64,000 nt of DNA. Origin: Cyanophyceae cyanobacterium (GTDB lineage Bacteria; Cyanobacteriota; Cyanobacteriia; Cyanobacteriales; Laspinemataceae). This document shows positions 50,788 through 61,532 of the stretch, one piece after another (position 1 is the first letter of the stretch; each line of letters begins with the position of its first letter). Where the stretch lies: assembly GCA_038321985.1 (NCBI GenBank), contig JBBQFN010000001.1, positions 160,001 to 224,000 on the forward strand, given 5' to 3'. The translations under genes and the position numbers were made by a program. The notes below the pieces were generated by a model, which made no database searches, was not told the DNA's origin, and saw only the letters and a program-made list of their open reading frames with translations.

Positions 50788-53051
50788 ATTCTGAATTGGA
50801 TAGCCTGTTAGCGGATGCTTTCGCCTTATATGAGTCGGATTTTTTGACCCTTGCGAAACAAAAGTTCGGCGAAGTTTTAGCTATCAATTGCGATCGCCCT
50901 GAGGCATGGTTTGGGTTGGGAATGGTTTACTATCGACAAGGGCAATATGAAGAAGCCCTCGATCACCTTGATCAGTCTCTGAAGTTAGATGATTCTCAGG
51001 CCACATTCCATTATAGCAGCGGTTTGGTTTTGGCTAAATTGGGTTATCTGGCAGATGCGATTACTGCTTATCAACGGGCGATTAAAATCGAACCTGGTTA
51101 TCTGGATGCCTACTCTCAGTTAGCCAATTCCTGTATAGAAATGGGGGATTTAACCCAAGCGGAAACAGCTTATGGACAAAGAATCATCCTCAGTCCAGAT
51201 TGGCAGAGTTATCTCAGCTTAGGCCATTTATTTATCGCCCAGCAGCGGATTGAGGAGGCGACTTATGCTTATGAAACAGCCCTGGAACTTGAACCCCGTC
51301 ATCCTGAAATTCTCTATCATCTGGGGATTACCTTCTCGGCCAAAAATCATCCTGATGCTGCCTTATTTTTTGGGTTCGCTGCCTACCGTAAACAAGAGTA
51401 TGAAGCGGCCATTTCTCATTATCAACAGTTCCACCACAGCCAAACAGGACCTATTGATTTTTACCTTGCCCTTGCCGACTGTTATCAAACCTTGAATCGA
51501 TGGGAAGAGGCAACGGATACTTATCGGCAAGGGGTTGCAATTTATCCTAAAGCAGTGGAACTGTATTTATCTTTTATCTTATCTTTACAGAATTGGGGTA
51601 AAATTGAAGAAGCGCGACAAGTCGCCGATGAAGGCTTAGCAGTTTTACCCGATTCTTTATCTCTAAAACTAGAAAAAATTAGGCTTTTTCCTCTTTTATA
51701 TCAAAAGTCAGGAGAACTGAAGTTTTATCGAAGCCGGTTTATCCTAGAATTAGATAATTTTATTCAAGATTATTGTTTAAATACAGAATTGTTTCAAAAA
51801 ATAGCTTTAAATGCTATTGCCATTAATACTAACTTTTACCTCCAATATCAAGGTAAAAATGATTTAGAGTTGCAGCAAAAATATGGACAATTCGTGCATC
51901 AAGTGATGGCGGCCAATTATCCCCAGTGGGTAGAACCCTTACCCATGCCAACTCTGAATTCTGGGGAAAGAATTAGAATCGGCTATATTTCTGCTTGTTT
52001 GCAGTGGCATACGGTAGGAATGGTATTTTCAGGATGGCTAGAACATCGCGATCGCCAGGATTTTGAAGTCTATTGTTACGATATCGGACGACAACGCGAT
52101 CGCCTAACGGACTGGTTTCGAGTTAATAGCGACTGCTTTTATTCCATTCCTGATAGTTTAGAAACGGTTTGCCAGCAAATTCAGGGCGATCGCTTGCACA
52201 TTCTCGTCTTTCTGGATATTGGAATGTATGCGCCAATGACCCAATTAGCCAGTTTACGTCTTGCCCCGGTTCAATGTGTCGCTTGGGGACACCCGGTTAC
52301 CTCCGGTTTACCAACCCAGGACTACTTTATTTCCAGCGATTTGATGGAACCGGAAGACGCTGAAAGCCATTATTCAGAACAATTAATTCGTTTACCCAAT
52401 TTGGGGATTTCTTTTTCAAAACCCCTTATTCCTGAAACTAAGAAAACTCGTGCTGATTATGGCATTCCCGATAATGCTGTGATGTATTTTTCCTGCCAAT
52501 CCTTATTTAAATATTTGCCACAATATGATCCAACCTTCGCAGCTATAGCCCAGCAAGTACCAGGTGCTAAATTTGTTTTTATCGGTCATAAAAATCCCCC
52601 TATTACGGAACAATTTTGCCAGAGGCTTGATGCTGCCTTTGCTGAAGAGGGATTAAACTATCAAGCATTTTGTATAATCCTGCCTCGACAGAGCAAGCAA
52701 GACTATTGGAACCTCCTATCAATAGCGGATATCGGGTTAGATACCTTTGGATTTACGGGCTTTTTAACGACCTTAGAAGCATTAGCCGTTAATTTGCCCC
52801 TGGTTACCCATAAAGGAGATTTGATGCGGAGTCGTCAATCAGCGGGAATATTGATAAGAGTGGGAGTAACCGAAACGATTGCCCAAAATCAGGAACACTA
52901 TATTAAAATAGCCGTTAAGTTAGGATTAAATCCAGAGTGGAGAGAAGCGATCGCCACTAAAATTAACCAGGGCCATGAGTGGTTATATCAGGATAACAGC
53001 AGCGTAAAAGCATTAGAAGACTTTTATCGGGGAATTGTCTGTAGAAAATGA
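50784..53051 (+). CDS. TPR + GT41 (O-GlcNAc transferase/SPINDLY/HMW1C-like) glycosyltransferase
   Basis: N-terminal TPRs. Motifs RIRIGYIS..HTVG, RLAPVQC..WGHPVTSGL..DYF, QSLFK and DIGLDT. The GTG start overlaps the SDR stop. Confidence 0.88.
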   Translation: MNSELDSLLADAFALYESDFLTLAKQKFGEVLAINCDRPEAWFGLGMVYYRQGQYEEALDHLDQSLKLDDSQATFHYSSGLVLAKLGYLADAITAYQRAIKIEPGYLDAYSQLANSCIEMGDLTQAETAYGQRIILSPDWQSYLSLGHLFIAQQRIEEATYAYETALELEPRHPEILYHLGITFSAKNHPDAALFFGFAAYRKQEYEAAISHYQQFHHSQTGPIDFYLALADCYQTLNRWEEATDTYRQGVAIYPKAVELYLSFILSLQNWGKIEEARQVADEGLAVLPDSLSLKLEKIRLFPLLYQKSGELKFYRSRFILELDNFIQDYCLNTELFQKIALNAIAINTNFYLQYQGKNDLELQQKYGQFVHQVMAANYPQWVEPLPMPTLNSGERIRIGYISACLQWHTVGMVFSGWLEHRDRQDFEVYCYDIGRQRDRLTDWFRVNSDCFYSIPDSLETVCQQIQGDRLHILVFLDIGMYAPMTQLASLRLAPVQCVAWGHPVTSGLPTQDYFISSDLMEPEDAESHYSEQLIRLPNLGISFSKPLIPETKKTRADYGIPDNAVMYFSCQSLFKYLPQYDPTFAAIAQQVPGAKFVFIGHKNPPITEQFCQRLDAAFAEEGLNYQAFCIILPRQSKQDYWNLLSIADIGLDTFGFTGFLTTLEALAVNLPLVTHKGDLMRSRQSAGILIRVGVTETIAQNQEHYIKIAVKLGLNPEWREAIATKINQGHEWLYQDNSSVKALEDFYRGIVCRK

Positions 53052-53144
53052 TTAAAATGACAGAAACAGAATCCCTTTAACTCCCGTCCCCTAATCTATT
53101 AATTCGGTGCATCCCTTATTATTTCACCCATTCACAGAAACCAA

Positions 53145-54083
53145 ATGTTCGCACCTAAACTCGCATTATTGACTCTTTCAGCGATCGTCTTGTCGATCAC
53201 CCAAGTTCACGCACATAACACTGTAGATCGGGAAATCGGATCGTACCTCGAACAATTCAAAACCGAAAAAGGAGCCAACCGTCGGGAAGCTGTTAAAGGA
53301 TTGCGGCAGATTGGGACTCCCGCCGTGCCCCTATTGATGACAGCATTGCAAGATGCTGATGTGGGAGTCAGGGGGGGTGCCGCATTTGCCTTGGGTTCCA
53401 TGGGTTCTGAGGCACAAACAGCCATTCCCAGCCTGATTGCTGCCTTAAATGACTCCGAAGAGTCTGTGCGTCTGGATGCGGCAGTAGCACTCAGAAGAAT
53501 CGGCACCCCTGGGGTTGAGGCACTTGCCGTTGCTTTGCAACACCGGGAGATAGAAGTCCGTCGGGGTGCTGCCTTTGCCTTGGCGGGAATCGGTGCAACC
53601 GCAGAACCGGCGATCGCCCCTTTACTCGCTGCCTTACAGGATCCCGATCAGCGCCTCGCCTGGAATGCTGCCGTTGCCTTACGCGCAGTCGGGTCCCCGG
53701 CAGTCCCCGCACTCACTCAGGCCCTAACTGATCAGAATCCACAAGTCCGGGGTGCCGCTGCCTTTGCCTTGGGGAACCCCACTTCACCAACCCCCGGCAA
53801 CCTCTCCCCAGTGGCACAAAAGGATGGAGAAATCCCAGAAATTTGCCGAATGCTGCCCAATCCGCTATCACCGGATTTTAAACCCTGTGAGGCAAATCCG
53901 ACTCAGAATGAAAGTCCCCAGGAATTGCGTCAGAATCCGGAGTCAGTCACTCCAAATCCCTGTGGATTTGCACCCAATCCTTGTGGAATCATGCCGAACT
54001 CCGATGAGTTAAATCCCAATCCCTGCGAGATGATACCGAGTCAGGTTGATGCCAGCAAAGGGCGATCGCGCCGACTGATGTAA
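53145..54083 (+). CDS. Exported HEAT/PBS-lyase repeat protein with a Pro/Cys-rich tail
   Basis: Signal-like N-terminus ending VHA, repeats AL.D.D..VR..AA.ALG, and an NPC-repeat tail. Confidence 0.8.
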   Translation: MFAPKLALLTLSAIVLSITQVHAHNTVDREIGSYLEQFKTEKGANRREAVKGLRQIGTPAVPLLMTALQDADVGVRGGAAFALGSMGSEAQTAIPSLIAALNDSEESVRLDAAVALRRIGTPGVEALAVALQHREIEVRRGAAFALAGIGATAEPAIAPLLAALQDPDQRLAWNAAVALRAVGSPAVPALTQALTDQNPQVRGAAAFALGNPTSPTPGNLSPVAQKDGEIPEICRMLPNPLSPDFKPCEANPTQNESPQELRQNPESVTPNPCGFAPNPCGIMPNSDELNPNPCEMIPSQVDASKGRSRRLM

Positions 54084-54292
54084 GGGGAGGGCAAGCTGTT
54101 TTAGGGGTTGATACCGTGGGATTTGGCTTGACATCGCCGGATCCCGACTAAAGTCGTTACCACAAAAGGGATTAACCACTGTCGAGGGGGAAAATTGCTC
54201 CTGCCTAGAGGGGGAATTTTCCCATGATCCATCCTGGGCGATCGCCTCGGGAAATTCGCTATACTCGAATAGACTTGAGATCTAAGGGCCTG

Positions 54293-54895
54293 ATGCGAGA
54301 TAATCGAAATCAACCTCGACCTAATGATGCCGTTTTGGGGGGACAACACCCTGCCCCCAGTGGGGCTATGGTTTTGGGGGGGTTAGACGGGGTGAAAATG
54401 CGTTTGGCTTCTCCGGTGGTAGAATATCGAATTACCGCCCTTTCCGAAGCGCTAAGGTATGGAATTGATGGGTTAGATTTAGTAATAGACTCCTTGCGCG
54501 ATCGCTCCTGTAAGGTCCGTCATGCTGCCTGCTTACTCCTAGAACACCGGACGGAAACTCGGGTGCAACACGCTTTAAGGTTCTATAATTCTCATCATAG
54601 TATGGTTAATCGAGTCGTGGAAATAGAACCCCCGGCAAATCTCTCTCTTATTGATAGCCTGATGCAAAATTTAGAGCAGGAGGAGGGGAATAAAAAGGGG
54701 AAGATTGTTGACCACTCTCTGAGTTTAGTCCAGACTGCGGAAGGACAAAATCGCATCAAATATTACTTGTTGCACGGAACCCCAAAGCAAAAAGATTACG
54801 CCACTCGTTATTTTAAAGAAAAGGGCAGGCAAGATATTTTAGCAGAGGCGTATAAGGTGAACTCTTTAAAGCCAGAAATATCTTTGTCCTCTTGA
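54293..54895 (+). CDS. Cyanobacterial HEAT-like hypothetical protein
   Basis: N-terminal NQP...DAVLGG....GA.VLGGLDGV..RL...RI.ALSEAL.YG module seen in cyanobacterial proteins. Confidence 0.7.
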   Translation: MRDNRNQPRPNDAVLGGQHPAPSGAMVLGGLDGVKMRLASPVVEYRITALSEALRYGIDGLDLVIDSLRDRSCKVRHAACLLLEHRTETRVQHALRFYNSHHSMVNRVVEIEPPANLSLIDSLMQNLEQEEGNKKGKIVDHSLSLVQTAEGQNRIKYYLLHGTPKQKDYATRYFKEKGRQDILAEAYKVNSLKPEISLSS

Positions 54896-54955
54896 CCCTT
54901 ATTTATGGAATCTAACCAGCCCTCACTGGGATTAAGGTGAGGGCTTTTTATAACC

Positions 54956-56344
54956 TTACACTGGGTTAAACCGAATCTTAGCCTCTTCTAGGGCTTTTTT
55001 CACTTGTTCAAATCCGGTGCCCCCTTCACTATTGCGGGCCGAAACAACTTGTTTAGGGTCGATCGCCGCGTAAATATCGCTCTCAAAGGCTGGATGCAAT
55101 TGTTGCCACTCTTCTAAGGTTAAATCTTTCAACAATTTACCGGCAGCTAAGGAAGTTTTTACCACTTTTCCCACCAGATTATAGGCTTCTCGGAAGGGTA
55201 CGCCTTTAGCTGCTAAATAGTCAGCTACATCAGTGGCATTGGAGAAATCTTCGGCGACGGCTTCAGCCAGACGTTCCTCGCGAAATTTGATACCTTCGCT
55301 CATTAAAATCGTCATCGCTTCAAGGCAAGATTTGACGGTTTTTACCGTATCAAAGAGGGCTTCTTTATCTTCTTGTAAGTCTTTATTGTAGGCTAAAGGT
55401 AAACCTTTCATCAGCACTAACATTCCTTGCAAATGCCCGAAAACCCGGCCTGATTTTCCTCGAACTAATTCGGGAACATCGGGGTTTTTCTTCTGAGGCA
55501 TGATGCTGGATCCGGTGGCACAGCTATCGGTCAGGGTAACAAAGCTAAATTCCTGGGATGCCCAGAGAATCACTTCTTCGGATAATCGACCCAGATGCAC
55601 GAGAATGAGGCTGGAGGCACAGAGGAATTCGACTGCAAAGTCGCGATCGCTCACGGCATCCAAACTATTACTATACAGTCGCTTAAATCCGAGTTCTTGG
55701 GCGGTGTATTGGCGATCAATCGGAAAGGTTGTTCCCGCTAAAGCACCGGCACCTAAAGGACAAATATCCACCCGCTGATAAATCTCTCCCAAACGCTCCC
55801 AATCGCGCTGGGTCATCTCAAAATAGGCGAGGAGGTGATGAGCCAAACTAATGGGTTGAGCGCGTTGCAGGTGGGTATAACCGGGGATTAAGGTTTCGAT
55901 GTGGCGATCGGCAAGCTGGAGTAATACACTTTGAAAGTCACGGATTTGTTGCCGAATTTGCTGGATTTGGTCCCGGAGATAAAGTCGGGTATCCGTTCCC
56001 ACTTGATCATTGCGCGATCGCGCAGTATGTAGTTTTTTCCCAACCTCTCCCACCAGTTCAGTTAATCGATGTTCGACGGCAAAATGGACGTCTTCGGCAT
56101 CGATTCCCGGTTTAAATAATCCTTGGCGATATTCTTGACGAATTTGTTCGAGTCCCTTAACCAGTTTATCCGCTTCTTCTGGGGAAATAATACCAGTTTT
56201 GCCGAGCATTTTCGCATGGGCCACCGATCCGGTTAAGTCGTACTCGATCAGTTGAATATCAAATTCGATACTCGCATTGAAGCGGGCGATCGCCGGATGT
56301 AGCGCACCTTCAAATCGTTGACTCCAAGTTTTTTGTTCTGTCAT
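54956..56344 (-). CDS. argH: Argininosuccinate lyase
   Basis: [22 protein letters not shown] and [12 protein letters not shown]. Confidence 0.98.
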   Translation of the reverse strand: MTEQKTWSQRFEGALHPAIARFNASIEFDIQLIEYDLTGSVAHAKMLGKTGIISPEEADKLVKGLEQIRQEYRQGLFKPGIDAEDVHFAVEHRLTELVGEVGKKLHTARSRNDQVGTDTRLYLRDQIQQIRQQIRDFQSVLLQLADRHIETLIPGYTHLQRAQPISLAHHLLAYFEMTQRDWERLGEIYQRVDICPLGAGALAGTTFPIDRQYTAQELGFKRLYSNSLDAVSDRDFAVEFLCASSLILVHLGRLSEEVILWASQEFSFVTLTDSCATGSSIMPQKKNPDVPELVRGKSGRVFGHLQGMLVLMKGLPLAYNKDLQEDKEALFDTVKTVKSCLEAMTILMSEGIKFREERLAEAVAEDFSNATDVADYLAAKGVPFREAYNLVGKVVKTSLAAGKLLKDLTLEEWQQLHPAFESDIYAAIDPKQVVSARNSEGGTGFEQVKKALEEAKIRFNPV

Positions 56345-56397
56345 GCTCAATTAACCGCCTTCTTACTCGCTCAAAAAAACGTTGTTCGTCGTAGACA

Positions 56398-56477
56398 TAG
56401 ACCTTTTGCAAAAATCTAACCCCCCCAAGATGGCGGGGGGGTTGGGGGGGTCTCTTCCGAATTATGCAATAGATCTA
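56398..56477. mobile_element. Putative MITE-like remnant
   Basis: Imperfect terminal inverted repeats TAGACCTTTTGCAAAA / TTATGCAATAGATCTA enclosing a C-run/G-run hairpin. Confidence 0.4.
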
Positions 56478-56539
56478 GTCTCTTATGTCGTTTGCCCTTT
56501 GTCATTTGAGAAACTACCCCAGACAAATCATCCGTGATT

Positions 56540-56794
56540 TTAAGTGCCTCTGAAGCCCCGAAATAGATACCCGAGAACCATCCCAATCACTAAGGCCCAA
56601 ACTTGTCCACTTGAAAGAAAGTTATCCCAGGCTTTTTTGATCCGACCCATCAGATCGGGGTCGCTGACTTGTTGAGCCAACACGATCGCATCCCGGAAAA
56701 AGTCTCCAATCAACAGGGATAGGACATCGCTGCTGTTGGGGGAGATCGGAACTTGAGCGATCAGTTCGTTCATGCTAGAGAGCAATATTGTCAT
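56540..56794 (-). CDS. Small hypothetical membrane protein
   Basis: C-terminal AWDNF..SGQVWAL.IG..LGY motif, conserved in cyanobacteria. Confidence 0.7.
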   Translation of the reverse strand: MTILLSSMNELIAQVPISPNSSDVLSLLIGDFFRDAIVLAQQVSDPDLMGRIKKAWDNFLSSGQVWALVIGMVLGYLFRGFRGT

Positions 56795-56987
56795 AAGTTT
56801 TTAACACTCGGAAGAAGGGATAAACGTTGCTGTTTGCAGTATGAATGATGAAGTCCGACCTGTAAACAACCCGATCGCAATACTTCCATGAGGGGTTTGT
56901 CCATTTATCCCTAACTTTTTTTCCCAGTTAAGCGATCGCACCCCTTGGAATCCCGGACTTCAACGGCGATCGCACGGCTTCTAAACT

Positions 56988-58445
56988 TCAAACCCCTCCT
57001 CGATTGTCCTCCTCAAACCCAATTTTGGAAGAGTCCACCTCATCTTTAATTTGCATCACGATCAGAGTCATATCATCTGTATTTTGCGTGTCAGGGCCGA
57101 TAAAATTGCCGACGCACTCGAAGAGGTATTCCAGAATCGCTTGGGGTTTCTGGCAATGTTGACAAGCCCATTCCAAGGCGGCTGTCAGGTTTTCCTCATC
57201 AAAGCGATCGCCAACTTGGTTGCTGGCATCGGTAAACCCATCGGTGTAATAAATGAGCGTATCTCCAGGCTCTAACTGAATCTGTGCTTCCTGATACTGG
57301 GTATCGGGATCCAACCCAATCAACATCCCCAAGGTATCTAAGCGCTGAATCGAGCGAGTGGACGCCTGCCACAATAACGGGGGATTATGGGCCGCATTGC
57401 TATAGGACAAAATCCGAGTTTCCGGGTCATACTCGGAATAAAACAAGGTAACGAAACGATGAGAATTCTCTAAATCCGCATACATCACCCGGTTCAAATG
57501 CTGAAGAATTCGCGAGGGTGAATGACCGTTAAGGACCTCTGCGCGCAACATTCCCCGAGTCATCGTCATAATCAAACCGGCAGGCACCCCTTTGCCCATC
57601 ACATCCCCAATTACGATGCTCCAGCGTCCGTTCGGTTTTCCGCCCTGATTCTTGGATTGAGCAAAATCGTGAGTCGTCGGAATAAAATCATAATAGTCTC
57701 CCCCCACCCGACTAGCGGTTTCGCAACAAGCTGCCAGGTCTAAGCCGTTAATGGTCGGGCATTGACGCGGCAGGAGTCGCAATTGGATTTCCGCACCAAT
57801 TTCTAATTCTCGGTCGAGTCGTTCCTTCTTGCGAAGTTCTACCGTGAGCTCATCATTTTCGATCGCCACGGCAGTTTGATCCGCCACTAACCGGACCAAC
57901 TTCTGTCGCGTCGGGGTCCAAGTATAGTCCGGGTCCCGGCTGAATACATACAAGCGACCGCGTTCGGTATTTTTGACCAAAATGGCAGTGCCAAATAACT
58001 GCACGTCTGACCCCAAGTAGGGGCTGACTTGATAATCTAACGCCGAGGGTGGCAGGGTTGATGTGGCTACGTTAGAAGCATCCATGATTTGACGAGTCAG
58101 GGTTTCTAAAGCCTGCCGGATATCCTGACATTCGTGGCCGTCTTGGCAGTGAAGTTGCTGTAACCTCACTTGACCGTTGGGTTTAAACAAAATTAACGCT
58201 CCCCCATCGGCATCGGTGACCCGACTGGCGACTAGGGGAATCAATTCTAAGAACTGATTCAAGTTATTAAAGCTGCGTAGGGCAAATCCCAACGACGACA
58301 GCAAATCTTGAACTTTTTTTTGTTCCCGATGCAAACGGGCCACCAATTCTTTGAGGGCAAAGACGGGGGTTACGTCTGCGGATGCGCTTTTGTTGTCTGG
58401 TACATCCGGCGGAAAAGGCTGTCGAGGCAGTGGCAAAGAAGTCAT
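56988..58445 (-). CDS. GAF + PP2C/SpoIIE (RsbU-like) phosphatase
   Basis: VGGDYYDF, IGDVMGKG, NAAHNPP, YTDG and DDMT. Confidence 0.93.
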   Translation of the reverse strand: MTSLPLPRQPFPPDVPDNKSASADVTPVFALKELVARLHREQKKVQDLLSSLGFALRSFNNLNQFLELIPLVASRVTDADGGALILFKPNGQVRLQQLHCQDGHECQDIRQALETLTRQIMDASNVATSTLPPSALDYQVSPYLGSDVQLFGTAILVKNTERGRLYVFSRDPDYTWTPTRQKLVRLVADQTAVAIENDELTVELRKKERLDRELEIGAEIQLRLLPRQCPTINGLDLAACCETASRVGGDYYDFIPTTHDFAQSKNQGGKPNGRWSIVIGDVMGKGVPAGLIMTMTRGMLRAEVLNGHSPSRILQHLNRVMYADLENSHRFVTLFYSEYDPETRILSYSNAAHNPPLLWQASTRSIQRLDTLGMLIGLDPDTQYQEAQIQLEPGDTLIYYTDGFTDASNQVGDRFDEENLTAALEWACQHCQKPQAILEYLFECVGNFIGPDTQNTDDMTLIVMQIKDEVDSSKIGFEEDNRGGV

Positions 58446-59093
58446 TGAGTCAAGCTGGCTCCAGTGGGAGTGGTTATATATTTTGTTTGAGGTAGAAGTT
58501 ACCCCGCACCACTGAGTAGGGTGTTAAAGAATGGCTGCCAATTCGTTTTGGCGATCGCCCTTTAAGGGTTTAAGGGCCAAGTATTTTAAAGAGATTGTAA
58601 ATTTAACCCTTTACAAACGGTTTCAAGGCGGTTGTAAAAGAATATTTGCCGCAGAAGTTAGGAATTCGAGTCGTAGGTGTCCCGGGCAGTCGTCCCCGTT
58701 TATTAAGGCGCTTGTAAAAACTCGTACGATCTCCGATGCTGAGCGCCGGGTGGGATTGATTCTCCGTCGCCGCAGCCGCTTCAGAGTGCTAATTCATCAA
58801 CCCTGACCGGACTGCTCGAACAATCAACCGAGCGTTTTACAGCTATCGCATTAAAGTGGATTAATGATAGCGCTATTTACACCCGGTGCCAATCCACTCA
58901 TGGGTGGGTTTTCCCAACTCGATTCTAAGTAGGCGATCGCCGATTTGTTTGATTTGTTGCAAACCATTTCTCAAAACAAGACTTCACCCGGCGGGCTAGT
59001 TACCTGCCGGGACAGACTGACTTAAAAACTTGAGTCCTGGGACTTAAGCCGATTGAGTCTGAACGTCTAAGGTCTCAATTCTCGCTGTGGATA

Positions 59094-60743
59094 CTAACCA
59101 CCAATCAACGCTTCCACAAACTCGTAACTGGAAAAGGGGCGCAGGTCTTCTATTCCTTCACCGGCACCAATAAAGCGGATGGGTAATCCCATCTGCTGCA
59201 CGATCGCCAGGGCTATGCCACCTTTAGCAGTTCCGTCCAATTTTGTCAAGATTACCCCGCTCAAATTAATCGCTTCCGAAAATACCTGAGCTTGACGGAG
59301 GCCGTTTTGCCCCAGAGTGGCATCCAAAACCAGCAGTGATTCTACCACTGCATCGGGCGCTTTTCTATCGACAATTCTACGGATTTTTGCCAATTCATCC
59401 ATCAGGTTCTTTTTATTCTGAAGACGACCGGCAGTATCTACCAAAAGTAGCTCGGTGCCTCGGGCTTGCGCCGCTGAAATCCCATCAAATACCACCGCTG
59501 CGGGGTCTGAATTTTTAACGGGGTTGGCAATCACTTCTACATCGGCGCGGGTTCCCCACACTTTGACTTGCTCAACGGCAGCAGCGCGGAAGGTATCCGC
59601 CGCCGCAATCAGGGTTTTATAACCGGATTGTTTGGACAGGTGGGCAATTTTGCCAATGGTTGTAGTTTTACCGGCCCCATTTACCCCGGCAATTACCCAA
59701 ATATTTAAGGTCTCCTTTTCCGGGACAAAGTTAGCATTGTACTTTTCCTGGAAGGGGCGATCGAGCATTTCCCGGAGAATTTTTTTGAGGTAGGCGATCG
59801 CCTCGGCAGGCGGCAGCGCCTCTTCTTTTAACTTCTGCTGGAGGGCTTCAATAATCAAATCCGTGGCCGCCACTCCCACATCCGCTTGTAAAAGGGCGGT
59901 TTCAATTTCCATCACCGCTGCTTTATTCAGCGGTCCTTGTCCAACGATCGCCCGTAATTGGTTAATTAAACTCCGGCGGGTTTTGTCTAACCCCTGCCGC
60001 AACTTCTGCAACCAAGTAATTTCTTCAATCGAAACTTCATCGGCGCGGCGTCCTTGAGCAGCCAGCACTTCTGCCGACCACAAAAATCCTTCATCAAATG
60101 CCAGTCCCGGAATTTCTATGCCATCCACACCCGGTTGTCCCGGGGGAGTGGGTCGTCTCAGGTCCTCCTCTACTGGGGCCTCAACTGCCGTTTCCTCTAA
60201 CCGCTGCATTCTTGCCTGTCTTTCCGCCTCCGACCGTGCCAGGAATGACACCGGAGCCGGTGCTGCAGTAGGCTGTTGGGAGGTTTCCGTCTGTTCGGGA
60301 GTTTCGATCGCCAGGGCGACTGCCGGTTCTATAGCCTCCTCTGGGGGGGCTTCCGGTTCTGTGGCTTCGATAGTCGCGTCTAAGGGTGGTTCTGCGATCG
60401 CTTCAGGTACGGGGTTCTGTGATGTAGCTTCTTCTGGAACCTCTACCCCTATTAATTCAACCTCAGCGGCCTCGGTTTCCGGAATAGATTCTGCTACTTC
60501 CGATGCTTCTGCTACTTCCGCATTTTCCCCCTCTACCGGCTCTCCCCCATCCTCTTCAGAAATCTGTTGCTTTTGAATATTTTGATAAGCAGCTTTAGCC
60601 CAGTTCAGGTAATCTTCAGCAACTTCCGAGGGAGTTTCCTCCGCCTCTGATTCCGGCTGTTTTGCCGTCGGTTTTGTTGCTTGTTCTTGTTCTTGTTTTT
60701 GTTCTTTTTCGTTGAACTGACGGCGGAACCAATTAAACACCAT
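59094..60743 (-). CDS. ftsY: SRP receptor FtsY
   Basis: Acidic N-terminal domain, GVNGAGKTTT, DTFRAAA, DTAGR and TKLDGTAKGG. Confidence 0.97.
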   Translation of the reverse strand: MVFNWFRRQFNEKEQKQEQEQATKPTAKQPESEAEETPSEVAEDYLNWAKAAYQNIQKQQISEEDGGEPVEGENAEVAEASEVAESIPETEAAEVELIGVEVPEEATSQNPVPEAIAEPPLDATIEATEPEAPPEEAIEPAVALAIETPEQTETSQQPTAAPAPVSFLARSEAERQARMQRLEETAVEAPVEEDLRRPTPPGQPGVDGIEIPGLAFDEGFLWSAEVLAAQGRRADEVSIEEITWLQKLRQGLDKTRRSLINQLRAIVGQGPLNKAAVMEIETALLQADVGVAATDLIIEALQQKLKEEALPPAEAIAYLKKILREMLDRPFQEKYNANFVPEKETLNIWVIAGVNGAGKTTTIGKIAHLSKQSGYKTLIAAADTFRAAAVEQVKVWGTRADVEVIANPVKNSDPAAVVFDGISAAQARGTELLLVDTAGRLQNKKNLMDELAKIRRIVDRKAPDAVVESLLVLDATLGQNGLRQAQVFSEAINLSGVILTKLDGTAKGGIALAIVQQMGLPIRFIGAGEGIEDLRPFSSYEFVEALIGG

Positions 60744-60875
60744 AGCACTTACCAGCAAGAGAACGTTGCCGACTATTTTATAGGGTAGGGTAGAGATTAT
60801 TGAGTAAAAATTGCCACGGTTGCATCCCGACTTGAGGGAATGGGGTAGTCGTCCGAGGACAAAGGGGGGGAGGAA

Positions 60876-61505
60876 TTATTCCTTCGGCACCGGGGAGCGA
60901 AACTGTTCGGTAACCCGACGCAATACGCCATTGACAAAGCGATATCCATCTTCACCGCTATAGCGTTTGGCTAATTCCACTGCTTCATTGATGGCGATGC
61001 GTTCCTGGAGTCCGATATAGCGCATTTCAGCTACCGCAATTCGCAAGATATCGCGATCAATTCGAGCAATCCGATTTAATTGCCAATTGACGAGTGCTTC
61101 TTCGAGAATGGCATCAATTTCTTCCCGATGAGCGCTGACTAGGGTCAGGGTTTCTATCGTGTAAGATTTAACTTCTTTTTGGTTCGTCAGGTTTAGAAAC
61201 TCCGGGAGTTCCATTGCCATTGCCACACGGTTAATAGCGGTTTGGGTGAGTTCTACCGCTTCGTAAACCATGGTGCGAGAACTTTGCATTGTAGTCGCCT
61301 GAATTTCGCTACCCAAAAGGCGATCGTTGCTACGCTTTAGTTCGGCAGCAGCAGTTTCTAAAATATCATGGACTTCATTGGTGAGGGTGCGAACAGCGGC
61401 AAGGACGAGATCTTGGAGTTGTTGAGTGTTGAGTTTTTCCAGATTGGAACTCAGCTGACTCATACTCAGTAGAGCGAGTTCGCGAGCGACTCTTTGAGCT
61501 TTCAT
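60876..61505 (-). CDS. nusB: Transcription antitermination factor NusB
   Basis: ARELAL, IDRDILRIA and AINEAVELAKRYS..FVNGVL. Confidence 0.96.
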   Translation of the reverse strand: MKAQRVARELALLSMSQLSSNLEKLNTQQLQDLVLAAVRTLTNEVHDILETAAAELKRSNDRLLGSEIQATTMQSSRTMVYEAVELTQTAINRVAMAMELPEFLNLTNQKEVKSYTIETLTLVSAHREEIDAILEEALVNWQLNRIARIDRDILRIAVAEMRYIGLQERIAINEAVELAKRYSGEDGYRFVNGVLRRVTEQFRSPVPKE

Positions 61506-61532
61506 AATACCTAGGGGTTAACGTGGTTGGGT

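Noticed and set aside
58446..59093. SRP RNA (ffs) next to ftsY
   Set aside because: The conserved TCAGG.CCGGAAGG.AGCAGC domain IV motif was not seen on either strand.
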